DNA of 64,000 nucleotides. Source: Octopus vulgaris. Taxonomy: Eukaryota. Both the position numbers and the translations under genes were made by a program. A model generated the notes under the pieces. That model worked only from the letters and a program-made list of their open reading frames with translations. It made no database searches and was not told the DNA's origin. The stretch lies in assembly GCA_951406725.2 (NCBI GenBank), contig OX597814.1, forward strand, positions 111,972,001-112,036,000. The letters run 5' to 3'. Shown piece after piece: positions 13,949 to 27,436 of the stretch (positions are counted from its first letter, which is position 1; every line of letters begins with the position of its first letter).

Positions 13949-14355
13949 GGGGTTGAACTTTCCTCCCTAAAGTCCAACCCCTCCTCAAAGCGGTAGGGTG
14001 GTGTAAACGGGCAGTGTCAGAACTATGCCGTCGGGAACTTCGGTTCCTGGTAGGGCCACCCAAGGCGGATTGGTCAGGCACCGAACGGTATTAGGGTCGC
14101 AGCCTGGCCAACGGGGCTCTGGGGAAAATTCCAAGAGGCGTCTGATCGGCAACCGGCGGCTTCAAGGTTGTTCAGTCCCTGCATCTGTGGGGGGTGTCCC
14201 GTCATTCGGGATATGCATGCGGTATGTTGGGGACCGCTTGTGAATTCAATATTCCCACGAAACTTCTATGAATCCTACTCCGTCAGGATCAGAGAAGAAG
14301 CCGGCTCAACCCGCCCTGGGTGAAGGCCGTCGCAAGTACAAGTACAAGTACAAGA
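13949..14355 (+). mobile_element. Non-autonomous bipartite RTE-derived element (5' UTR module + 3' tail)
   Basis: 12-bp TSD CATG(G/A)TACATGA (13937-13948 / 14356-14367) and (CAAGTA)n tail. CTATGCCG...GGTAGGGCCACCCAAGGCGGA resembles the 5' module of RTE-clade LINEs (BovB/Expander-like, from memory). Confidence 0.7.
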
Positions 14356-15196
14356 CATGATACATGAAAGCACTCGAAATTATATCGTTGACGGATGAGA
14401 ATCATCTGTCACGGCCACCAGAACTGTCAGATCCCGTGATTTCACTCTGGTCTGGGCTCCTCAGTGACAGACATCCAGCACTGACATAACAGCCGAATTT
14501 TCCGTCAACGGTATATAGAATTTCAGTGTTTATCCAGGAAATGGTGTCACAAATAGGCAATGGGCTTATTTTTTTGTGTGTGTGTGTTTTGCACCATTTT
14601 AAGTTCTTGAATTTAACCCGAAAGAAAGCTAAGATTTGAATGCACAAATATGGTCAGAGGTAAGAATCGAAGGAGAGGGCCGATGCGTGAATCTAAGGTT
14701 CCCGGTCATCAGCATTGAGGAGAGACAAGAGCAAAAACTTGGGCATAAAATCAATGAAATTAAACCAATTCAATTAAACATCAAATAATGTAATTATTCA
14801 ACCAGAGGTCTTCCGGTTCATTCTTTGATTTCCTCCAGTCAGCGTCTTCCTGGTTTCCCATTGACTCATCCTTTTAGGACAGAGTTTCTCAATCATTCTT
14901 TTTTTTTACCCGTGAACCTTTTTGATCCCTATTTTATTCAAGTGGACCATCATAGTCATTTGATGTTTAAAAATTCTATTTATATTTTTGTAATTAAATA
15001 TTATTAGGAATTGTATTAAAGATATTTATTAAAATATTTTGTGTATTGTAGAAGAATAAGCAATTCATTGTACACAAACTGTAACAGTAAAGCCTTATAT
15101 TGACCCCACCAAGGGTCATGTGGACCTTGGTTGAGCACCACTTCCTCGAACATGGGTACTGAGGATCTGCACTCGATGGCATGTTTAAAATATTGC

Positions 15197-15337
15197 AGTT
15201 CAAATTCCGCCGAGGTCGACTTTGCCTTTCATCCTTTCGGGGTCGATAAATTAAGTACCAGTTGCGTACTGGTGTCGATCTAATCAACTGGCCTCTTCCC
15301 CCAAAATTTCGGGCCCTGTGCCTAGAGTAGAAAAGAA
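15197..15337 (+). mobile_element. SINE family 2 (Meta-domain-like), 5'-truncated
   Basis: GGTCGACTTTGCCTTTCATCCTTTCGGGGTCGATAAATTAAGTACCAG central domain and tail GTGCCTAGAGTAGAAAAG. Confidence 0.8.
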
Positions 15338-15933
15338 TATTGTATTGTTTGTTTACAAAATTAATATAAGATAAAAAGAATTGTCAACTTTTATTATATT
15401 CATTATATATATTGTTTCTGGTATAAATTAATATTACTAAGAAATATTACCGGTCTCTAGTACATTTGAAAAAAAATTGCCGGTACACCACATCAGATAG
15501 TTTGAGAAGCACTGCTCTAGACAACATTGGACTACATGACAGAGAAATCAAAGAAATAACAGCCATTTTTCGAGAACGTCGGAAATGATTTTCAGGAATA
15601 ACGCAACAGTAATATTGAATTTAATGTCGAACAAATAGTAATAACGAAGGCAACACTTTTTATTTGTTTATTTTGTGTATCTCTTATTGTTTTATATTTT
15701 TTCTGTAGTTACTGTAGACAGATACTTTAACCATTTGTCCATGCGATATCCGACACCGTTTGATTGTTAATCAATAGAAACCATTATTAAACTGGAAAAA
15801 AAGAAGACTTTACGCCTTTTAAGAGATAAGGAAAAGAACTGTAAAACAAGAGAAGCAATCTAACAAATAAAAGGTTGTGTATATATGAGGGGGGAGGCTG
15901 ACGGTAGACGGGGAATCTTGATGGTTTTGGAGT

Positions 15934-15992
<59 letters not shown>

Positions 15993-16429
15993 AAGAGGAG
16001 AGAAAGATTGAAAGAAAAGAAAGTAGGTTTTTGTGATAATTGTAAATATAGAGCGATATCAAGGGTCAAATCTTGTTTAAGGAATGGAAAAATGGAGCAG
16101 CAAAATAAAAAAAAAGCTAGAAAAGTCACGACGAAAATAAAGGGGGGAAGACAAGAAAGAATATGTGGAGGGGGGGAGTAAGTAAAAAAACAAAGAATGG
16201 AAAACTGTACAAATCTGTTGTCCATTACGATGAAATCGGAGACAAAAGAAAAGGGACTTGTATTTGGGAAACATAATGATAAGTAGACAAGGTAGTAGGT
16301 GGTGGTGGTGGGAAGGGGTTAAACAAATTATGATGATGTTGTTGATGATGGTAATGATGATAATAATAATACCGGTTATATTATTACTACTAAGTAATAA
16401 TAGTAGTAGTAATAATAATGATGATGATG

Positions 16430-16494
<65 letters not shown>

Positions 16495-16559
16495 TAATTC
16501 TTTTTATTGGCCACAAGGGCTGACACACATTATTAGTAAACATAATAATAATAATAGTT

Positions 16560-16765
16560 TCTAGTGAAAGCACAAGGCTTTGAAATTTTGGGGTAGGGGA
16601 CTAGCCGATTACATTCACCCCCAATATTTCACTGGTACTTAATTTATCGACCGGGAAAGGATGAGAAGCAAAATCGACCTCGTCGGAATTTGAACTCATG
16701 AACGTAAAGACGGACGAAATGTCGCTTAGCATTTTGCCCAGCATTTTGCCAACGATTCTGCTTGC
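16560..16765 (-). mobile_element. SINE family 2, diverged
   Basis: Reverse complement of the family 2 head, central domain and tail. Confidence 0.75.
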
Positions 16766-17058
16766 ATGCAAATAATGATGACGATGATGATGATGATGAT
16801 GGGGAGGGGGAGGACAACGGCGACGGCAATGATATCTTAGCGCGTTCTGTCATCGTTTCGGCCATATTCGCTGAATGTTTTCGATAGAACTCAAAAAGAT
16901 TAATGTCCCAGCATGAGAGACATCCCTTCTGAAAGGGAGAGATATTAGTTTCCAATGGAGAAAGACTGACTGATTCGCTGTCTTGGCGCAGAGTCCTTAG
17001 TCAGATATCGTACAAAATAGCTGATAGCGTGTGTAATAAAAATTCTAAACGTTGCAAA

Positions 17059-17110
<52 letters not shown>

Positions 17111-17654
17111 AACACACATACACGTACAAACATACACACAAACATAAATATATACACATACCCAAGAGTGTGTATGTGTATGCGTGTGTACGCGTGCATT
17201 TGTGTGTGTGTGTGTGTGTTGAGTAGTAAGAAGTTTGTTTCCCAGCCACATGGTTGCGCGTTCACACCCACGGCGTGGCGCCTATGGCAAGTGTCTTCTG
17301 CTATAGCTCCATGCCAATTAAAGCCTTGTGAGTGGATTTTGCAGGAGGAAACTGAAAGAAGCCCGTGTGTAATGTTGGAGTTGAGCGCTTTGATCCCGAA
17401 CGCAGAAAATGTCACGAAGAGGGGAGGAGACGTCCTCAACAAGCCCCTGTGGCTATTGTTCCGGGTCACATTCACTGTCCTCAGTTCCACAGGATCTGCC
17501 TGTCTTGTATTGGTCTTGTCAGCCACGTCCGCCTCCGAGAAACAATGTGCTGGAGGCGGAGGATGATGGTGATGAATGCCCTGGATTCACACTATCATCA
17601 ACTTTGATGGGGCATTATGAGCAAGGAAGCAAATCAATCTCTCTCTCTCTCTCT

Positions 17655-17686
<32 letters not shown>

Positions 17687-17688
<2 letters not shown>

Positions 17689-17938
17689 GCGTGGCTGTGT
17701 GGTAAGAAGGTTGCTTCCCAACCTATGGTTCCGGGTTGAGTCTTCTACTATAGCCTCGGGCCGACCAAAGCCTTGAGTGGATTTGGTAGGCGGAAACTGG
17801 AAGAAGCCCGTCGTATATATATGGAAACTGGAAGAAGCCCGTCGTATATATATATGTGTCTGTGTTTGTCCCTCACCATCGTTTGACAACCGGTGTTGAT
17901 GTGTTTATGTCCCCGTAACATAAAAGAATAAAAGAATA
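17687..17938 (+). mobile_element. SINE family 1 with internal deletions and a short tandem duplication
   Basis: AGGCGTGGCTGTGTGGTAAG head, duplicated GGAAACTGGAAGAAGCCCGTCGTATATAT and TAAAAGAA tail. Confidence 0.8.
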
Positions 17939-18143
17939 TATAAATAATATATTTCGAAATCTCTCAGACAGATTTATGCAGTAGCAGCTCGATAAAGTGA
18001 TAGCATGTTGTCAACTTAATGTGATAGTCCCATAAAAGAGAAGAATGCCCCCAGAAACACCGTTTCCTGCTGGACTTGACACATTTACTGTGTTCTTATG
18101 TTTTCAAAGTGTAGACAAGCATCTCCACCCAGCAAAGCCAGCT

Positions 18144-18186
18144 TCCAGAGACTAGTTTCAGAGTCATTGCTCATCATCAGTCTGGA
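18144..18186 (-). ncRNA. Minimal type I hammerhead ribozyme (family C)
   Basis: UCCAGA-CUGAUGA-U-GAG-CAAUGA-CUC-U-GAAAC-UA-GUC-UCUGGA: 6-bp stem I, intact core, palindromic ACUAGU stem III, GUC site. Confidence 0.8.
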
Positions 18187-18449
18187 GTAGCATGGCTTGC
18201 TAGTTGTCGATGCCTATCCGCCTTTGAAAACATGTATTTCAAGTGAAATACATTCGCTGATTTTTGAAAATAGCCATACTACTAATTGAAACAGCTGTAA
18301 GTGAAAGTGATTAATTTTTGCTGTTAATAATAAACAATTAACTTCCCAATCTTCTTCTTCTTCTTCTTCTTCTTCTTCTTCTTCTTCTTCTTCTTCTTCT
18401 TCTTCTTCTTCTTCTTCTTCTTCTTCTTCTTCTTCTTCTTCTTCTTCTT

Positions 18450-18480
<31 letters not shown>

Positions 18481-19156
18481 ACACACACACAAATATAAAA
18501 CAGGATAAACCTAAGTGTGAACACTCATTCTTTCCGTGGACGCATATTAACATTGCTGAGAGAAAGCTTAACAACACGGTTTCACCAAAGGTTGGCTTAT
18601 GTGCAGAGATAAAAAAAGAAAAAGGAATCGATCAGTCAGGTTTGACCTTAGCACCTCATCGGAAATCAGCTACCTATTCTTGATCACAAGAGAGATCAAT
18701 AGTTTATAGTCATTCATAGTATACGAACTCTTGGGGCAGAACTAAACTGGTTGGTCTAATTTGCATAACAGTGGCAGCATTGGCAACGCGAATGAATTAA
18801 TAATTAATTAATAATCTATTATCTAATCATTGTCTCGTGCTTCTATTAAGGAGTAAATTAACATTGCCAACCGGTGCTCTTATTATGCAAATTAGAGCAA
18901 TCGATTTAGTTCACTCCTTGCATGCGTACACCATAATTAGGTACTGCTATTATTTTCATTTGCTGTTAGTACCATTATTATTCAAATTTCACCGCGGCCG
19001 GGTCATTTCATCCTTTCTGGGTCGATAAAATAAGTACGAATTGAGCACTAGGTTGATGTAATCGAATAGCACACTCCACACACAATTCATGCCTTGTGCC
19101 TATAATAGAAAGGGCCATTATTATCATTATTATCATAGTTGTTGTTGCTGTTATTA

Positions 19157-19240
<84 letters not shown>

Positions 19241-19245
<5 letters not shown>

Positions 19246-19677
19246 TAGTCTTATTTTTATCAAGTGCTTTCACTTCACTACCGAGCGCAGCTCTGTGTGC
19301 CTTGGGTATGTGCTGTGATTTGTTGTGACGCTCTCATTTTTACTGTGTTGAAAGCGTTTTACGTAGGATGTGTGCGGTGCCTGTTAGTGCTATTTTCTGT
19401 ATGTTATATATACTTGGTAGTCCTGGTGTTTTTGTTATGTATTTGTCTGAATATTTATTTTTATCATACGTAATGCGCCTACTATGATAGGAATTGTTTC
19501 TGTTTTTAGATTCCACATTCAAGTTACCTCTATTTCCAGGTCTTTGTATTTTGAAAGTTTCTCCATTTCTTTTAGAGACACGTTGTCATCTGCTGGTATT
19601 TATACATCAATTAGAAAGCATTTTTTTCTTTATGATCTCTGACAACTATATCTGGCCTATCTCTTTATCTGTGTGTC
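19241..19677 (-). mobile_element. R4/Dong-like non-LTR retrotransposon 3' fragment in (TAA)n
   Basis: KYSDKYITKTPGL...IQKIALTGTAHILRKTLS and the 3' UTR match 50250-51165. Flanked by (TTA)n on both sides. Confidence 0.85.
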
Positions 19678-19759
<82 letters not shown>

Positions 19760-19760
<1 letters not shown>

Positions 19761-20192
19761 GAGTGAGAGAGCAGTGCATACCATCAAAGTGACACTGGGG
19801 TACAAATATACGAAGCCCAGTATACCCATCATGACTACTCGTCTGATAAGGGTACACCAGGTACATGCATCACAACCATATGTGCGCGACATGGTGATCT
19901 CATAACAAGATAAACAGCGCATGACCTTGCGAGTGGACCCAGTTAGAATTTTCTTCTGTTTGGGTAACTCATCCCACTCAAAAGGCCCCTGATTAAGGGT
20001 TGTTTAAAGATGTTGAATGAAACACCCATGTTTCCAGAGGTGAATCATTCAAACCACTAAGGGACATGCTCAACTGGTTAAGGTCAAACAACTGACAAGC
20101 ATATCTGTGGTATTGAGCAGAATATTTGCTGTAGCCCATCTTTTATACCAAGACAAAACAATGGACATGATAACACTTCCAGTCAGTTAAGA
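19760..20192 (-). mobile_element. Unclassified (TAA)n-associated repeat; second copy 62745-63250
   Basis: Reverse-complement match to 62745-63250. Both copies end CTCTCTCACTCA followed by (ATA)n. Confidence 0.7.
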
Positions 20193-20485
20193 TTTATTTA
20201 TTTATTTATTATTATTATTATTTTTTTTTTTCTTCTTTCAAATTTGCTTCCATTTCTTGCCGAGTGTCTTCCCGACTCCTAGGGCAAAGAAACTCATAGT
20301 ATACATCGGTAGGCCATTACACCAAACTCAATAGTTCATTCATTTAAAAAAATTTTTTTTTTAAGTTAAATTAAAATACATGAGCAGCAACAATTCTCAC
20401 ATCGACAATGTTCTTCTCAATACATGTGATGTACCAGTTAAGACGATCTTTTGCACTTCTTGCAGGGATGGTAAGCCAGGGATCA

Positions 20486-20579
<94 letters not shown>

Positions 20580-20589
20580 TGTTATTATT

Positions 20590-20949
20590 GCACAGCTTCT
20601 AACCCTGGAGATGTACTACGGTGTCAGCTGTTCACTACCAGTGAACTAAAGTAACATCCCTTATGTTTTCGAGCACCATCCGGAGTATTCGGGCGGTTCC
20701 AAGCAGTGCTGTTTTTTATAAGTGCTCCACCCTTATTGCAGCCCCTATTTGTTCCATATACTTCTCAAGATTTTTACTCACTGCTCCTAGGGCTCCGACA
20801 ATTATTGGTACTACTACCACCTTCTTTAGTGACCACAACTGCTTAACCCCCTAAGCTAACCTGTCATATCTATCGACTTTTCTTTCTTCCTTATCGCATA
20901 ACTATTTGTCAGTTGGGCATGCTATAGCTTTGATCCAGTATCATTTGCC

Positions 20950-20950
<1 letters not shown>
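20590..20950 (-). mobile_element. Second R4/Dong-like family, 3' fragment
   Basis: Minus-strand VVVVPIIVGALG...K(T)ALLGTARILR-type C-terminus. Homologous to 51229-51570 and flanked by (TTA)n. Confidence 0.75.
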
Positions 20951-21021
<71 letters not shown>

Positions 21022-21022
<1 letters not shown>

Positions 21023-21440
21023 TCAGTAGCCTTATTTTTATCACTTGCTTTCACTGCACTACCGAGCGCAGCTCTGTGTGCCTTGGGTATGTGCTGTGGT
21101 TTGTTGTGACGCTCTTATTTTTACTGTATTAAAAGTGTTTCTAAGTAGGATGTGTGCGGTGCCTAATAGTGCTATTTTCAGTATGTACTATATAATTTCT
21201 CCACTTCATTTTGGGTAATATTTTGGTCAGAATGGACTGCAATGTCTATCAGTAAACAGGTGTCTTTATTTTTTCCAATTCTTAATTATAATATCGGGGC
21301 AATTAGCTTTTATATGTCAGTTTGAACAGGCATATCCCAGATGATTGTGGCCTGGACGTTGTCATGCACCTTGTTTGGCACATGTTTATATCATTTTTTA
21401 CCAGTTTTTATGTTGTTGTGTTCGCTTGGCACCTGGAGTG
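21022..21440 (-). mobile_element. R4/Dong-like 3' fragment
   Basis: Same 3' UTR (CACTACCGAGCGCAGCTCTGTGTGCCTTGGG) as 19241 and 51060, followed by degraded RLE-domain coding sequence. Confidence 0.75.
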
Positions 21441-22292
21441 TCGGCAAGCACCCACAATTTCTGTCAGTCGGGCAACGCAGTCGGTGGAAGTTCCACTATG
21501 GAGTTCTAAGGGGATTAGCGGCTCTGCTGTTTCGAGACAAGCTCTATAGACACACAAGTGCTGTCAGACGTGTCCGAAGTGAGCACAGGGCGACAAAACC
21601 GTCCTGTGTCCTTGCATTACTGACTTGTGGAACTTTGTCGAACAGCTGTCGTCACTCGTAGGACAGATACGGTTATCAACTGAGTCCATCGTGAAGATCG
21701 CTCCGCGCATTCCTTTGGCCGGGAAAGAAAGACAGTTTCCCTCTGTCTGATAGCTATGGCGAAGGAAGTAATGTGCGGACGAGATTGAAAGGACTGAAGA
21801 CAGATACTTTCTTCTTCGGCCAAGCCCTCATCAAGTTCTACTTGAAAAAGAAAGTGAGGGTAGCTAGGGAAGTTTTGCCCCCACCCCAGTAAATTTGTTG
21901 AAAGGTGGGCGAATGTTGTAAGGATGGCCCTACTCTGAATGAGCCTGCTCTGAACTTTCGCTAATATCCCGGAGGAGTTGAGAAGGAGAGAGGCGCCTGC
22001 TGAGGTACACCTGGCGGTCGGGATAACCAGAATGTGTGGGGTTCCTCGGTTGTCCCTGTGAGAAACTCTCCCCTTTTGGAGACGTTTTATTGTTTAATTG
22101 TTTTGTTCATTGTTTTTGTTGCTTATTGTATATATGGCATTTTTCAACACCTCACTTGTCCCTTGCATTGTATTGTCCCTATTTGTTTTGTGTTCGGTCC
22201 TTGTGCCCAATAAAATCATCATCATCATCCTTCTTCTTCTTCTTCTTCTTCTTCTTCTTCTTCTTCTTCTTCTTCTTCTTCTTCTTCTTCTT

Positions 22293-22423
<131 letters not shown>

Positions 22424-22425
22424 CA

Positions 22426-22484
<59 letters not shown>

Positions 22485-22493
22485 GCTGTCATT

Positions 22494-23100
22494 AAGGCGG
22501 CGAGCTGGCAGAATCGTTAGCACGCCGGGTGAAATGCTTAGAGGTATTTCGTCTGCCGCTACGTTCTGAGTTCAAATTCCGCCGAGGTCAACTTTGCCTT
22601 TCATCCTTTCAGGATCGATAAAATAAGTACCAGTTACGCACTTGGGTCGATATAATCGACTTAATCCGTTTGTCTTTCCTTGTTTGTCGTCTCTGTGTTT
22701 TGCCCCTTGTGGGTAGTAAAGAAATGGGTAGTCTGTCGCTACGTTCTGAGTTCAAATTCCGAGGTTGACTTTGCCTTTCATCCTTTCGGGGTCGATTAAA
22801 TAAGTACCAGTTACACATTGGGGTCGATATAATCGATTTAATCCGTTTGTCTGTCCTTGTTTGTACTCCCTGTGTGTCGCCCCTTGTGGGCAGTAAAGAA
22901 GTAAGAATTGTTAGACCGTCGGGCGAAATACTTAGCGGTATTTCATCTGCTGCTACATTCTGAGTTCAAATTCCACCGAGGTCGACTTTGCCTTTCATCC
23001 TTTTGGGGTTAATAAATTAAGTACCAGTTGCGCACTAAGGTCGATCTAATCGACTGGTACCTTCCTCAAAAATTTTGTGCCTTGTGCCTAGAGAAGGAAA
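22494..23100 (+). mobile_element. SINE family 2 multimer (three central-domain units)
   Basis: Head AAGGCGGCGAGCTGGCAGAATCGTTAGC, then three repeats of TTCTGAGTTCAAATTCC...AAGTACCAGTT and an (ATT)n tail. Confidence 0.85.
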
Positions 23101-23101
23101 G

Positions 23102-23145
<44 letters not shown>

Positions 23146-23170
23146 CATTTTAATTTTTATCATTATTATC

Positions 23171-23253
<83 letters not shown>

Positions 23254-23288
23254 CATTATTATTATTATGTAACCAGTAGTAAACAAAC

Positions 23289-23331
23289 GATCGCCGATGA
23301 AACGTTAATAAATATTGAAACTAGTCAGATC
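23289..23331 (+). ncRNA. Degenerate minimal hammerhead
   Basis: GAUCG-CCGAUGA-AACGUU-AAUA-AAUAUU-GAAAC-UA-GUC-AGAUC. Carries a U4C core change and one stem I mismatch. Confidence 0.5.
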
Positions 23332-23619
23332 AAACTTTTTTAATCGCAAGGAGAAAAATCTGTTTGAATCTGTAATTTGCCATTTTAATAAAATCTATGT
23401 TTAATAAAAAATATACGTTTATAAGCTTAATTTATGTTGATATGTAATAATGTACGTATCTTCATTTGAATCTTGTGTATGCATATGTGAGCGTGTTTAT
23501 ATGCATGTACATATATACATACATACGAACCTATATACATATATACATATTTAAAATTCACACACGCACACACATATATTTGTGTATACAAAAGTAATGT
23601 AGCTTTGGGGAAGTAGTGT

Positions 23620-23704
<85 letters not shown>

Positions 23705-23786
23705 GTAGTGTATGTATGTATTTACGTATGCATGTTCATATATATATGTAGGCAATCAGTCTATCAGTATCTCTATATATATGTTT

Positions 23787-23829
<43 letters not shown>

Positions 23830-23831
23830 CA

Positions 23832-23913
<82 letters not shown>

Positions 23914-24044
23914 CATTCATGTTTCATCGTTTACTTGAAAATAAGAATGTATACACACGTGTTCATATTTGTGCGTGTATGGGTAAACGTGTCTGTGTCT
24001 GTATGTTTGTGTGTGTATGCACGATTTACATGTGTCTAACCGTA

Positions 24045-24076
<32 letters not shown>

Positions 24077-25133
24077 ACATGTCTTATAAATCATTACATA
24101 TCCCATACACACACACATCCCACACTGTGTCTATGCATGTGAATACAGGCGTGAGAGTCTGTGTGTGTGTGTGTGTGTGCTTTTTAATGTATGTATGGCG
24201 GTGCATGCAAATATCGGGATTGTTGAAGTGATTGCAACGATGTTTGGCGATTAAGACACAAGACAGGAGGTCGGTGGAGAAGGAGGATAAAGATGAGGAA
24301 GACAAGGAAGTTGAGGAGGAGCAGGAGAGGGCATAATGGGGGAGGGAGCGGGGGCAAAAGAAGTTGACCCGTATATTGTCGGGAGTGGTGGCCAGGCCAT
24401 ATTACTATTGACACGACACTTCCTTGTCAATAGAAGGTTAGTCAGTAAAGGACGATAATGGTCGATGGAAAAATAGGAAAAAAACGTCATTTTCTTTTTC
24501 TTCATCGTCACTTCAATCACTTTGCATCGCGCGCTCCCCTCACGTCATTTTACTATTCCGCCCCCCACCCCTCACGTCAGACACCACACTACGACAGTAG
24601 CTTGTGCTCCTGCACCTCAAGCCACTCCAACTCTATATATCCACTCCTTTTCAATTGCTCAATACCACACATTTTTTTTATTTCTTTTCTTTTCGCTACC
24701 GTCATCCCCCACTACCTTTCCTACCACTACCAACACCACCATCGCCACCGTGGTAATATTAATATTACCACCAACAACAACAACATCGCTACCGCAAATA
24801 TTACGACGATGACGATCGCTACGACCACCACCGCCGCCACCGCCACAACCGTCACCACCGCAACCATCACCGCCATCGCCACTATCGCCGCCACCACCAA
24901 CAAACCGATTCTTCTACGTCCCCCCAACCCATCACACCTCAGTGCTTTTTCACATTCTCACCTCACCTTCTCTCTACCCCTATCTCCACCTGCTCCAATA
25001 TTACATCCCTATGTACACACCCACTTACTCCCACTAGCACCCTGTTATATACACTTAGCCACCACGCCATCGCCTCACTATATACACCCTCCATTACAAA
25101 CACCCATCTACCCTTACAACAAACACTCCCACA

Positions 25134-25176
<43 letters not shown>

Positions 25177-25186
25177 TATGTACATC

Positions 25187-25217
<31 letters not shown>

Positions 25218-25447
25218 CCATCTATAATACACACGTATATATTTAAATGTACAGATATATATATATATATATATATACATACACATACCAATATATACTT
25301 ACATATACACACATATGTAATGTACATATATGTGTGTGTATATGTATATATATATTTCTATATGTGTATATGTCTATGTATATGTATACATGCACGTATA
25401 TATATATATATATATATATACACATACACAGATATGTATGTATACAT

Positions 25448-25492
<45 letters not shown>

Positions 25493-25548
25493 CATACATG
25501 TGTATATATTTGTATATATGTATGTATACACACACACACACACACTCA

Positions 25549-25629
<81 letters not shown>

Positions 25630-26097
25630 CCACCCACACCTTTCGGTTTGTTCTTCACACATCGTATATAAATGACCCTGGTTAATACCATTACACCACA
25701 AAGTTCTGTATTTTCCAACACCCTTCATTCCTTCTATTTCCCCACCGCTCTCACAACCGCCACTGACAGCAGCAGCAGCAATATCGGCATCTTCAGCACC
25801 ACCATTACCAACAGCACATCACCGCCACTACAAATGCCATCGCTATTATAATCTTCTCTCCTCCTCATCGTTCTCTCTCTTTCATCATCATCATCGTCGT
25901 CGTCGTTCCGATGTTTTCCATAAGTTTGCCTGCGACAAACAAGGTGTGTACCTTTAACTTATTAGGCGCTCCAGCGGATATTGCCTCTCCATAAGGGTGA
26001 GAGGAAGAGGAGGAGGAGGGAGAGGAGGAAGTATAGTGGGTGGGTTGGGGAGGAGGAAGGAGAGGAAAAAAGTGATGATGATTATGATGATGATTGC

Positions 26098-26130
<33 letters not shown>

Positions 26131-26601
26131 AGCGGAGGGGAGGAAGAGGCGGAGAAGAATAAGAAGAAAAAGAAGAAGAAGAAGAAGAAGAAGGAGGAGG
26201 AGGAGGAGGAGGAGAAGAAGAAGAAGAAGAAGAAGAAGAAGACGAAGAAGAAGGAAATAGAGAGGAAATTGGAAAGACAGAGAGTGGCAAAGAGAGAGAC
26301 AGTGAGAGAGATTGTGTATGATGAAAGAAAGAGGAAAACTTAGGTGAAAATAATGTGTTTGACAAGAAGAAAATATCTGAGGAAATTATGGGATAAGAGG
26401 AGAGAGAGAGAGAGAGGTGGAGAAAGGGAGAGAAAGAGAGGTGAGAGGGAAATGAGACGGATTGAGAGAAATAAAAGACGAGAAAGACTTGTTGACTTTA
26501 TACAGAAAGGAAGACATGCATATGTATTATATGTGTGTGTGTATGTATATAGTATTTTACATACATATATACACACAAACATATGAGTGTGTGTATGTTT
26601 G

Positions 26602-26633
<32 letters not shown>

Positions 26634-26701
26634 TATGTAAGCATACGTATGTTGTGTGGATAAAAAATGATTATGTATTCTACATGTGTGCGTGCGTGTG
26701 C

Positions 26702-26741
<40 letters not shown>

Positions 26742-27436
26742 GTACATGTATATATATAATATATATATTGTATTGAAACGTAAACAAAATAATGATAAAG
26801 CATTGACTGCAATAAAAATCATGTACACACACACACGCACACATTCAGACAACCAAATTGATCCTTAATTTCACCACTCATCAATATTAAAGATCTGACA
26901 CCCCATCATCTCATAGCCACCACCAATGATAGACAGGGACAGTTGACAATATACAATTCTTTCCTTCATATTTAGACAGGTTTTCTGTTTATTTTTTAAA
27001 AAATATTTGTTTTGTATATTTGGTTGTCTTCTAACTGTTTACTGTTGTTGTTGTTGTTGTTGTTGCTATAGTTCTTGATCATTTTTTTCCAGAAGGAGAC
27101 TTCTCCAAGAGAAACGATGAGAAAAAAAAAAGCAAATGAAAATAAGCAAAAACAATCTTGATGGAAAATATCAGGTCAATAGAATGGTTTGAGTGGTCTT
27201 CAGAATCAGTCGATAACAACAACAACAGCATCAACAGCAAATACAACACCAACAGAAACAACAATAACACTAGTAGTAGTAGTAGTTATTTTAAATTGAA
27301 GCAGAAGGCCAGAAATTTTGAGAGAAGGGACATGCCTTACATCGAGAAGAATGATGAACAGACAAAAATTCAAATATGACAGAACGGTGGAGCGGAGGAA
27401 TATATGATTCACAGATGAAAATAATAGAAAGTCGTT

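Noticed and set aside
13949-14000. HDV-like ribozyme at the 5' end of the RTE-derived element
   Set aside because: A P1-like GGGGUUG/CAACCCC and UUCCUC loop are present, but there is no P2, P1.1 GG or J4/2. It reads as a simple hairpin.
21330-22200. Possible exon or 5' region of the Dong-like element
   Set aside because: No sustained ORF or identifiable motif, so left unclassified.
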